The notes under the pieces are model-generated. The model was given only the letters and a program-made list of their open reading frames with translations, did no database searches and had not been told where the DNA came from. A stretch of DNA of 64,000 nt from Acidobacteriota bacterium (GTDB lineage Bacteria > Acidobacteriota > UBA890 > WLXD01): NCBI GenBank assembly GCA_965248695.1, contig CBDFKD010000002.1:2656001-2720000 (forward strand), given 5' to 3'. Shown piece by piece: positions 37,883 to 48,823 of this stretch. The position numbers and the translations under genes were made by a program. The stretch's first letter is position 1. Each line of letters begins with the position of its first letter.

Positions 37883-40078
37883 TTGAGACATCACGCCACC
37901 GGCACTGCGCGCCTGGCCGTCCGGCTCCTGGGCGCGCTGCTGCTCAGCTACCTGGCCGCCGGCGAGTCACTGGCGCAGAGCGCGGCCGATGTGGTGCCCG
38001 TCGACGGCGGCGCTCCGGCATGCGGGTTGGCCGTCGTGCTCAGCGGCGGCGGAGCACGAGGGATCGCGCACCTGGGCGTGCTGGAGGTGCTCGAAGAGAA
38101 CGGCATCCGCCCGGATTGCGTCGTCGGGGCGAGCATGGGAGCCGTGATCGGCTCCCTGTATGCCACCGGCCACTCGCTTGCCGCCATCGAGGTACTGCTT
38201 TCGGGGCTGAGCTGGCGCACCGTCTACATCGATTCCCACAACCGCCGGCTGCAACCGATCCTGCATCGGCTCGAGCGGCAGCGGTCTGGGCTCCGCCTCG
38301 GCCTCACCGCCGACGGGGTGCGGACGCCGCGCGGCCTGCTCAGCGACACGATGGTGAACCGCTTGCTGATCGAGCACCTGACGCCGGCCAACTTCGATGC
38401 CGGCCGGCGGTTCGATGCGCTCGCGATTCCGTTCCGCACGCTGGGAACCGATCTGCTCTCCGGAGAGCGCGTGGCACTCGCAGCCGGCGACCTGGCGCGC
38501 GCGGTTCGCGCCAGCATGTCGGTGCCGCTGGCGTACGCACCGGTGCCGTGGGAGGAGATGCTGCTGGTAGATGGGGGCCTGGCCGACAACGTCCCGGTGA
38601 GTCTGGCGACCGAGATGAGCGCCGAGTTCACGCTCGCAGTCGACGCCTCGACTCCGATCGACGCCGACGTCAACCCGGACCTGTTCGGCGTCACCGAGCG
38701 CGTCATCGATCTGCTCTTCGCCGAGACCAACAGTCGCTATGCGCAGGCGGCCGATCTGACCATCGTTCCTGACCTCGCCGGCCACAGCTTTGGCGACTAT
38801 TCACACATCGACGAGCTCATCGACGCCGGACGACACGCGGCCGAGGCGATGCTCGATCGTATTCCGGAGCGATTCAAGGGGCGTCAGCCGGAGATACGGA
38901 GTCCGGCCGATGAGCATATCTTCGGGCCGCGAGTGGTGCACGAAGTAGGCGTCAGCGGCAACCAGTACCTGTCCGACGAGGTCATCCTGCGCGAGTTCCG
39001 GGCGCGCGTCGGGAATCCGTTCGACTGGGATCAAACCCTCGCGAACCTCGATCATCTCTACGCTTCGGGGTTGCTGCAGAGCGCCTGGCTCGATCTGGCT
39101 CCGGTAGGAAACGACGGCATCCGGCTGCTGCTGTACGTGCAGGAGGAGTACCGACACACGCTCGATCTGGGCCTGGCGTACCAGAGCGACGATCAGGCAC
39201 AGGCGATGGTGCGGTTGGAGACTCGCGACCTACTGGGCGCCGGCGAGCGACTCCAGTTCGGCGGTGCGGCCAGCGCCAAGGATCTGTTGCTGGGAGTGCG
39301 ACTCCACGGTGAACAGCTTCTCGGAGCGCATGTCGGGTACCAGGTGGATGTCGAGCTACACCACGAGAGGCCCAAGGTCTTCGAGTCCGGACAGCATGTT
39401 TCGCGTGCCGAGTTCCGGCGGCGGCACGCGGCCCTGCGAGCGAATCTGCCGTTCGGCTTCAACCATCTCTTGCAGCTCGGAGTGCGCGCCGGCGAGGTGG
39501 AGACGGTCTCACGACTCGGAATTCCGCTGGACGCGGACACCCGCCAGCATCGCGTGCTGACCGCTAGCTATGTTTGGGACAACCTCAGCTCGCTAGCCGT
39601 GCCATCGCACGGGGCTCGCTACACGGTGCAAGCCGAGCGAAACTTCGAGGCGCTGGGTGGCTCCTTCCCGTACTGGCGAGTCCGCGTCGACGGCACCAGC
39701 GCGGCACAGCTCGGGAGGCTCAACCTCACGGGTCGGATTCTCTACGGCTACTCGTCGTCCTCGCTACCGGTATACGACCAGTTCCGGGTCGGCGGGCCCG
39801 AGCTAGTGCCGGGATTGGCGCGCGAGGAGCTCTGGGGAAACCAGGCGCTGGCGGCCTCGGCACAGGTGGGGCTCGATTTCGCCTCCGTGGCGCGCCTCTA
39901 CGCCCGGGTCGGCGTCGGTGGCGTCTGGGAGCACCAGGCCGATATCAGTCTGGACACGGCAATCGTCGGCGCCGGGCTGGGCCTCACGGTGACCACTCCC
40001 ATCGGGCCGCTGCAGCTCGACTACGGCTGGGCGGAGGAGAATCGAAACCGCCTCTACGTCGCCATCGGCTGGCAATAG
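37883..40078 (+). CDS. Patatin-like phospholipase with POTRA and beta-barrel (PlpD/type Vd-like)
   Basis: SGGGARG, GASMG, DGG, POTRA-like VSGNQYLSDEVILRE, barrel end TPIGPLQLDYG..YVAIGWQ. Confidence 0.9.
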   Translation: MRHHATGTARLAVRLLGALLLSYLAAGESLAQSAADVVPVDGGAPACGLAVVLSGGGARGIAHLGVLEVLEENGIRPDCVVGASMGAVIGSLYATGHSLAAIEVLLSGLSWRTVYIDSHNRRLQPILHRLERQRSGLRLGLTADGVRTPRGLLSDTMVNRLLIEHLTPANFDAGRRFDALAIPFRTLGTDLLSGERVALAAGDLARAVRASMSVPLAYAPVPWEEMLLVDGGLADNVPVSLATEMSAEFTLAVDASTPIDADVNPDLFGVTERVIDLLFAETNSRYAQAADLTIVPDLAGHSFGDYSHIDELIDAGRHAAEAMLDRIPERFKGRQPEIRSPADEHIFGPRVVHEVGVSGNQYLSDEVILREFRARVGNPFDWDQTLANLDHLYASGLLQSAWLDLAPVGNDGIRLLLYVQEEYRHTLDLGLAYQSDDQAQAMVRLETRDLLGAGERLQFGGAASAKDLLLGVRLHGEQLLGAHVGYQVDVELHHERPKVFESGQHVSRAEFRRRHAALRANLPFGFNHLLQLGVRAGEVETVSRLGIPLDADTRQHRVLTASYVWDNLSSLAVPSHGARYTVQAERNFEALGGSFPYWRVRVDGTSAAQLGRLNLTGRILYGYSSSSLPVYDQFRVGGPELVPGLAREELWGNQALAASAQVGLDFASVARLYARVGVGGVWEHQADISLDTAIVGAGLGLTVTTPIGPLQLDYGWAEENRNRLYVAIGWQ

Positions 40079-40132
40079 ACGCGGTCGATCGCTCGAGGGC
40101 CGCCGTTCATAGGCTCGGACCGACCCGACGGC

Positions 40133-43100
40133 TCAGCTCGAGCCCGCCTGACGTAAGTGCTCCCGGATCGCTTCAATGAAGCGCGGCACCGTATCCCAGA
40201 CATCGCCGACGATCGGGTGCACGAACGGTTTCGGCCGCTGCTCGTGGAGCTTCATCAACGGCGCGTCGGGATCGACGTTGAACGACAGGATCACGGCGCG
40301 GTCGCCAATGTAGTCGACGTGTTGGGGGGCGCCAGACACCGCCAGGGCGATGATCAGCTTCGGGTTCACGGACACGCCGGTTTGCCCGATCTGACGATCG
40401 GCGGGAAGCAACTCGAGGTCTTGAGTCACCTTGCGTGTCGCCCCGACCATCACGCTGGACAGTCCCATCTCGTCGACAAGCAGCTGCCGGAGCGGCTCGG
40501 CGAGCTTGTCGATGCCCTCGCGGCCACCGGCTCCATAGCCGAAATCGATAATGATGTCAGCTTCCTGGAGCGTCTCCTGGGCGCCCGCGACGCTCGCCGC
40601 GAGTAGCGCCACCGGGTCCCGGCTGGCGTCGTAGGTCAACAGCGGCGTCCACAGGTAAACCTCCGGCTCTGACCGCTCTCGGCCGGCGCCGCGGCCGCCG
40701 TTCAGATCGAGCTCCACGCTCTGTCCGAGGGTCAGTACGCGCAGGCCGCCGTCCAGCGGCAGCTCGGCCTCGGCGCTAGCCGCACCGGCGTAGATTTGCG
40801 TCCCGACGCGCGCGCACTCACCCCCATTGGAGATGGAATCGACGTTGTGCCAGCTCCAGCAGCGACCTGCCTCCGTGCGCGCCACACCTCCGGCGACGAA
40901 GCGGGCGAACAGCTGTTTCGCCCAGCTCCCCGCAAGTAGCCATCGGGGCTCGCCGCGGTACATGGCCCAGAACTCCTCGAGCCACTCGAGATGACCCCGG
41001 GCGCTGAATCGCTCGGCGCTCGGAAGCTCGACCACATACAACCCCCGGGGGCTGCCACAAGCCAGCGTCGCCCCGGCAATGGCAGCGGCGGACACCTGAC
41101 CGAGATCGACCGGAACGACCACATCGAGCGCCATCCCGAGGCTGTCCGCCAGCCTGCCCGCCGTGCGCAGGTCGGCGCTCGCTCTGGTAGCCAGCTCGGC
41201 CCGGGCTGGCGGTAGAACGAGCACGCAGCATTGGCCAGGGGTATCGGGCTGCTCGCCCAGCGTCAGCAGGCGATGTTCATACGCAGCGACGGCCTCGGCG
41301 GAGGCGCCATCGAACTCCGCCACATCCATCAACACATCGACCGCGGCCTCAGGCGAGGCAACGCGGGAGATCTCGGCGCCGACACTCGCCACGCGCCGGC
41401 GCCGGTGTCGGACTCGGATTGCCGCCTGTCCTCCGGCGAGCTCGGCAATCGGAATGCGCTCGATCTCGACAGTGGATGCTCGCAGCCAGGACCGCAGGTC
41501 GGGAGCCGCGGTCCACGCGGCGCCCTGGCCCTTGGTGACAACACACGGCGTCCGAACCGAAAGCTGCTGACCAGCCCAGGACGCTGCGGTCATGTCGAGC
41601 ACGGACGCGGTTACGTCGCCCCAGCGGAGGTCTTCGATGTCGCTGTACACCTCGTGGCCAAGCGCCGCAGCCAGATAGGCGGGCACCGCTCCTTGACCGG
41701 TGTCTGCGGCACCCGTGCCACACAACACGAGATCAGGGTTCCGCCGGCGCAGGGCAGCGACAATGACACGGGCCACGAGCTCGCCGTCGTGCCGGCTCGG
41801 GACGGCGGCCCCCTCCACACCTGCAACCGTGTAGGCACTCACCTGGACGTGCGCCGGATCACGCTGCTTGAGTGCCATCGCTGCGGCCAGCGCCGCTTCA
41901 TCGGCCGGATTCGTACAGCGCAATGGCTCGGCGAACTCGTCGCCTGTGAGCCGGGGTTGTGGCGCCACGGCGGGAACCGGCTTGAGCAACACTGCGATCT
42001 CGACGGTGCGTTCGAGGTCGGCCTGGCGCCGGCGCTCCCTGAGCTGCTCGGGCACCAGACCCCAGCCCTCGGTCGCGGCGCCGGCCTCCTCCAGGGACTG
42101 TGCCCCGAGCTGTGTCTCCGGCGAGTAGCGGCCCTCTTCGAGGTACGCCAGCGCGATCTCGTAGCGGCGCTCGAGCATCGCGATGCTGGACAGGGCCCGC
42201 CGCACGTACAGCCGCGACACGCGCTCCAGACGTTCAGCGTAGGCGTCCGGTACCTGATGCCGTGAGGTCCACTCCAGGCGATAGAGCACCGCGTCGATCA
42301 CCTTGGTGAGCCCGGCGATCTCCGCCAGGCGGAAGAAGCACGGCTGCATTCCGACGTTGGCCCAGACGAGCTGACCGAAGCGTTCGACCGCGGCGTCGAC
42401 ATGATGCAGCAACGACTGCCGCGCCCGCTCGAGCTCGCCGACGAGCTCCGGGTAGGCGAGCTCGGGTTCGTCACCGGCGCCCGAGGTGTCGCGCTTCCAG
42501 GCCGGAAGAACCCGCTGGACGAGGTCCTTCAGCAGCAGGAACCGCTGCACCTCGTTGGTTCCTTCGTAGATGGTGAGCACGCGCGCATCGCGGCGCGTTT
42601 TCTCCACCCGGTGCAGCCAGGTCTGGCCTTCGAGCCCGCGCGCTCTCTCCATCCAGTCGATGCAATCGTGTACGGACTCGGTGCCGTAGTACTTGCCGAT
42701 CGCCGACTCCGTGCGCACGGACACGGTTCGTTTGTTGTCGAGCAATCCGATCATCTCGTAGGTGACCGATCCGGTTGCCACGGTCTCCTCGGCGACGCGC
42801 CCCAGCCAGAATCGCTCCAGCGGCCGCGCCGGTTGGCGCGGCGAATACTCGAAGCCGGCAGCCACCTCGCCGCGCAGATAGGGGATCGCGTCGTCAGCCA
42901 GCTCAGCGATGGTCGAGTGCGTCGTCACCGCCAGACCGGCTCTCCCTGTATTCAGCGTCTCGAGCGCGTTGACTTGCCCACGACCGCGGAAGCCGATGAT
43001 CGCTTCGTGGGGCACACGGACGTTGTTGAGCGACAACTCGTTGGTCGGTGAGCCTCGCTGGCCGAGCTTCTCCTCGTCGGCGCCCACCACCAGCCCCTCG

Positions 43101-46100
43101 GCGTGTCGATCGACCATGAACCCGGTTACGCTCTCGGGCTCGGTAAGTGCGTACAGCGCCATGCAGTGGCAGAAGCGGCCGTTCGTGATCCACATCTTGG
43201 CGCCGTTGAGCACCCAGTACTCGTAGAAGACGTCGTCCGAGGCATCGACGCGCAGCTGACCGATGTCGCTGAAGGGCACCTTGCGGTCGCCGTGCATGTA
43301 GAAGCGCATGCGCTCCGGCGTGTCCTTGTCGTAGTCGTACTCGGAATGATCGATGACAGCCGGTTCGGCGTCATCGGCGAAGCGATAGAGCAGCCGCCGA
43401 CCGTCGTAGTCATGCTCGAGGCGATCGGCATCGAGCAGATTGCGGCGCTCCTGCTCGCCCGGTTCATCGAGCCAGAACCACAGCACGCCATCGGCGTCCC
43501 GGTGCACGCGGCGGCGCTCGCCGCGGGCCGTCGTCTTGACCCCGCCGGAGTCGGATCCCGCCGTCGGCTCGGTGAGAGCGAACGCCGAGATGTAGCCGGC
43601 CGAGATGGTCTCGAGGAATTGCTCGTGGGCGCGCTGACGGCGCGGTAGCTCGTCGAGCCGTTGATCGATGGCAATGAGAAGATCGTCGATCAGCGTGCGC
43701 GCCTGGCAAACGTGTGCGCGGAGATCCTCGAGATCGCCCTGTTGTTGCGCGAGCGATGCCGCCTTGAAAGCGCGCAGGAAGCCACCGCCGATGTACTTCA
43801 GTACCATCGACCCGGCGACACGTTCCTTGACCAGCGCTCCAACCTCGGCCATTGCGGCCGCGATCGCGGCGACGCCGGGCCGCTTGAGCATCTTCAGCAA
43901 GCGGTCCAGCCCATCGCGAATGTCGCCGAGCACGTCCGGGTGTTCGCGCACCCGCTGGAGATCGGCGATCGCGCGCGGCAAGTCCTGGTACAGCCCGATG
44001 AGCGTCGGTGTGGTGCCGATGCTCGTGTTGCCCATGATCGCCAGCGACAGCGCCGCGTCGCCGTAGCGACCTATGAGGTCACACAGGATGTAGTACTCGG
44101 CCTTCGAGACCCCCTCGCCGCCAAGTCGGGTCTCGATCGGCATGCGCATGAAGCCGCGTCGGACCATGAAGTCGAGGTCCTCGTCAGGAATCAGGTGAAG
44201 CTTCTCGAGATAGCGGCCGTAGGGCAGCCCGTCGAACCTCGGGGCGACGAACCGGGCGCGCAGCTCGGCTTCGAGCGCCTCCCTATGGTCGGCGAGGCGC
44301 GTGTCGTTGGCCACGATCTCGGGCACACAGCGCGCCGATGTCGCATCGAAGCCGGCGTGCAGCCACTCGCCTGACCGGTGTGTCCGATCGACAGTGCACA
44401 CGCTGTCGTATGGTTCTGCGTCCGGGATCGGAGGCGCGATGAGCTCGCCGTCGGTAAGCAGCTCGTCGCCTGCCGCCAGCGTCGACGCAGCCAGGCCTGC
44501 CGCCTCGATCCGGGCGGGTATCTCGGCGCTGAGCTTATCGAGCACCAGGCGTGTGGCCTCGACCATCGATTCCATCGGCAGGCCGGCATCGATGCGCCGC
44601 ATCGTCCGTATCAACAGGCTGCGGGCGGCAAGCAGCTGGATCACCATTCCGCCCACGGCATGCTTCACCAGGTCCCCGGCAAAGGCATCGATTCCGCCCG
44701 ACCAGTTCTCGACCTGCTGGCTGGCCGCCTGGTAACGAGCCGCTGGCTGGCGAAGCAACGGGTGCTTGCTGCTGCGCTCCATCCACTGCCGCTCGGCATC
44801 ACCAGACGGGATCAGGGGACCCCCTTTTCGAGCGGCCGTGAGTCGGCGGCGTCCGACCTCGACGCGCAGCGCGTCGTCGTGCCCCAGCAGGAATCGGAAG
44901 ACAGCGCTGTCGCGGTAGTACTTGGCGATATCGTCATCCTCCGAGAACGCCGTACCGCCAAACAACTGGCCGGTGTTGTAGCTGAAGGAGCCGATCCCGG
45001 GGCCGAACGCTTCGCTGGCCACCACCTTGCGCACCGCAATCCCGGTCCAGCCGTCGCCACCGCCCGGATCGACCAGTGAGACCGATTCCAGCACGAACCG
45101 GCGCGCTTCCATCTCGGCGAGCATCTGCTTGACGGCGCCGAACTTGGCGATCGTGTCACGGCCGGCCTCGTCCTCGAACGTCCCGGGAAACTGCACCCGC
45201 CCGGAGGCGTGGTCGCGGGCGCGCTGCAGCAAGTACCGGCCGGATCCGCGCACGCTGGCCAGGTAACCACCCAGCGCCACGCTGATCACCGGCGCCCAGG
45301 ATTCCCCGGCCGCCGGATCCTCGAGCGAGACGTCGTCGGCCGCCGCCGACAGATCGACGACGCGCTCTGCGGGCACTCTGATTCCGGCACCACGGAGCCG
45401 ACGGATACGCGCACCTACGAGCCCCACCGCACCGACGTCCTCGCATGCCAGACCCGCATCGTCGGCATCCACGAGGAAGCCCTGGGCACCGACGACAACC
45501 AGGTATCGATCTGCGAGTGCGGTCGGAACGAAGTCCGAGCACACGTCGAGCTCGTAGTCGCCGCTCTCGAGCAGCCGCACAGCACGCACCCCACCATGGA
45601 CGGTCGCCACCAGCGTCGACGCCGTCTCGAGCTCCGCGTCGGGAGCACCGGCCAGGGTCAGCAGATCGATCGCCAGCAGATGCGATGCGGCCACCGTCGC
45701 CATGGCCGGGTCGGTGGCCGCGAGCTCTTCGAGCAGCACATCACTGCGCCCGTACCCGGCAGCGTAGGGGCGCGCGGCGGCGAGCTGTGTCCTGAGCCAA
45801 TCCGACTGCGGCGCCGACAGCGGCTCGGCCTTCTCCAGAGCCCGCACCGCGTGACTGTCGAACAACCGCGCGCATCCATCCCGTACGATCTCGCGCCACG
45901 ACTCGAAGACGCACGGTTGGGCCTCGAGCTGCCGCCACTCAGTGGCCGAGAGCTCGGCGACAGGCTCGCGCTCGGCGCCTGCGATGGCACCCTCGCCCTC
46001 ATCGATTGCACCGCACACCGCCAACACCGCAGCGAAGTGATGCTCCTCCAGCTGCCGCGCCAGGACGTCGGCCCAGAAGAACCGTCGCGCTGCAACGTGC

Positions 46101-48750
46101 CCCCGCATCTGCTCCAGGCGCTCAGCGGCATCGGCCCAGACCGGGTCCAGCAACTTCGGCACGATCCCGGCGCCCGCCGGCTCGACTCCCCCGTCCCAGG
46201 CCTGACCGGCATCGGCGAACGCGTCGCGCGCTGCGGCCAGCCATGCGCCCAGATGCTTCCGTCGTGCCTCGTCAAGCGCCAGGGGCGAACGCGCGAGGTC
46301 GTCTCGATAGGCGCGTAGTGCCACACGCGAGCGCTCCAGTTGCGCCGAAACACGGCGGCGAACGGGGGCCGGGGGAAGGCCGTCGGCGTTGTTCCTAACG
46401 GCTTCCGCCAGCTCAGACTGGAAACCCGGTTGTGAGCCCAGGCGCGGCTGTGGCTCGGGACGATCGACGAGGTAAGCGTGCAGCTCCTGTTGCGCCGGCG
46501 TATAGGTCTGGTAGATGAGGCGTTGCTGCGTGGCGCGGCTCCAGTGCACGTCGTCAGTGGCTCGCCAGCAAGTCTCGCACTTGATGCAGTTGTCGAAGTT
46601 GACCACCACACCCGGCTGCCCCGCCGGGTTGCGTCGCACCTCGTACACCTTCGCCGGACAGATGCTCCACAGGGCCGACGACGACAGGCTGGACCGTTTT
46701 GCGATGTCCGTCGGCCACATCACCTTGATATGGGAGTGTTCACCCGCCTGGTAGGTGATGGTGCTGAGCTTCGCCTCGTACGTCGTGGTGATGGCGACGC
46801 GATGATCGTCGAGACGTATGCGCTCTCGATTCTCGTCCAGCAGGCGCGCAATCGGCTGCTCGGTGAAGCGTCTTGGCTCCCAGCGCAGCACCGCGCGCTG
46901 GAACCATTCGGTAACCGCCTGCTTGGCGCTGGTGGCCGCAAAGGCGAGGCCGACAGCACCGGCCACGACGAAGTCCCATAGCGAGACGCAGCCGGCGATA
47001 TGGCGCGCCGATGCCGCCAGCTTGTCGGCCAGGTCGGTGTCGTCGTTGGCGTAGACTTCGCTGAACGCGCTCGCCACCGCACCGCCGAAGCGCTTCCAGT
47101 ACCACTTGAACAGCCAGGGCGCCCGGCCTGACGACTCGCCTCCCGCCATGACGCGGTACACAGCACGCAGGCGGGATCCGTTCGGCCCCGGCGCTTCGGC
47201 AACTCCGGCGCCTGCGGCGGCTTCATCAACTTCGGAGACGCCCACGCCGACGCCCGAGCCGGCAGGTACCAGAGCCCCGACGGTGTTCCACAGCACACGC
47301 AGCAGGGTGGCCGGGGTCATCACGGAGCGCGCCAGCGCGCCGACGCCGAGGGCGCGGAACAGGGCTCGACTGTCCCCGACGATCGATCCGGAACCGGCTG
47401 AAGCAACGTGGCGCGCCAGCCGCACGAGGCCCCAGTAACGCGTCCACGTCCCCGAGTCTGGCCGCGACAGGATGTAGGCGGCGTTGTTCACCAGATCGAG
47501 TTGCCGCTCGAAGAAGAACTGCGTCCGCTCGACGTACGCCGGCCAGTCGCGCAGATGCTGTACGTTGCGGTAGTAGTGACTCGACTGCACCGTTTTCAGG
47601 TAGGTGCTGCGCAGAGCCTGCTCCGTGAACGGCGACGCTGACCCACCGGCGCGACGCCCTGGCCGCCCCGAATCGGCGGCGATCTGGCGCACTGCGCGGG
47701 CGAAGTACAATCCCATGGCGGTGGCCGGGCCGGTGAAGTTCGGATAGGGGAAGTCGAGCCCGATGCCGCTGGCAGCGCCGCCGATTGCGAGGCCGTCGTC
47801 GACCAGGCGCGGGATTTCCCGGAGGCCGCCGCCGCGGATGATCTTGGCGCCATAGGAGGTGAGCTCGCCACCGTCGATCATCCGGGCGATCTCCGGCAGT
47901 CCCTTGAACCACTCCACCAGGATGTTGTGATCGCCGTCGAACTGCTGCCGCAGGTTGTCGAGCGGCAACACGAACCCCAACGACAGGCTGTCGCGGTTGG
48001 TGTAGACGAAGCCGCCCATGTTGAGCCGCGCCGTGCGGCCCTTGCGCGTCGCGTTGCGCAAGAGCATCTCGAGAGCCATTCCCTCGCCCGGCGCCAGCCC
48101 GAAGCGCTGCTCGATCACTTCCTCGGGCAGCGAGATCACCTCCTTGACCCCCTGCAAGAAGTGCGGCGCGCCCGCGGCATGGTCGGTCGTCACCGGCTGC
48201 TCGTAACCTTCCTGGGTGACCACTCGTAACCTTCCTGGGTGACCAGATGCGAGGCGTCGCCTTCGGCCAGGAACACGACGTCGGCGTACGCCGGCCCGCG
48301 CTCGGTTTGCACGCCAATGACCTGGCCTCGATGTCGGATCAGGCTCTGTACGGTGGTCTCGCAGGCGAGCATGACGCCGTGCTCGCGCGTTACCTCGGCC
48401 AGGCAGCGGTCGTAGACGGGCCGCAGGACCGTGTAACAGGACCCGAACGCGTCGGGAGACCGCAGGCTGGCGCCGACCAGGCTGTGACCGTTGTACAAAT
48501 AGGCGCCGCGCTCCACGAGTCGACGCTCGTACGGCGCCGCGGCGACGATGTCACCACCGAACGCGTCCGGATGCTCGAGGTTCTCGGAAAAGTAGACCGC
48601 GCCCGACCAGTTCTCGGCCCCGGGGAAAATACCCGCCTCGCACAGCAGTACGGAGAACCCGGCTCTGCCGAGGGCCATCGCGGCGGTCGCACCCGCGGGG
48701 CCTGCCCCCACGACGATTACGTCGAAGCGATCGGGGCCCATCATGGTCAT
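40133..48750 (-). CDS. Giant fusion: ETF-QO/FixC flavoprotein, 4Fe-4S, degenerate ACAD, ACAD, EtfB, EtfA; frameshifted by a 23-bp duplication
   Basis: VIVVGAGPAG (~48700), GVKEVI, YGAKII; ICPAKVY..NCIKCETC (~46660-46570); GQLFGG..YYRD (~44950); AFALTEPTAGSD, LNGAKMWITNG, KLGQRGS, IYEGTNEVQR (43585-42540); LLKPVP..NPADEAAL..DTGQG (~41990-41690); GATRKV..QIGQTG..VSGAPQH (~40440-40320). Confidence 0.88.
48200..48245. repeat. Perfect 23-bp tandem duplication that causes the frameshift
   Basis: CTCGTAACCTTCCTGGGTGACCA twice (48200-48222, 48223-48245). Removing one copy gives a single frame of 2865 codons including the stop. Confidence 0.95.
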
Positions 48751-48823
48751 GACGTGTATAAGAAAGGAGCAAGGAAACAGAATGAGAGGTATGTATATGC
48801 GTCAATGGTACGCGAGAGGTCAG

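Noticed and set aside
48751-48823. AT-rich divergent spacer as a defined promoter or operator for the giant gene
   Set aside because: TTGACG is present on the minus strand but there is no well-spaced -10 box or clear palindrome, so no specific site is claimed.
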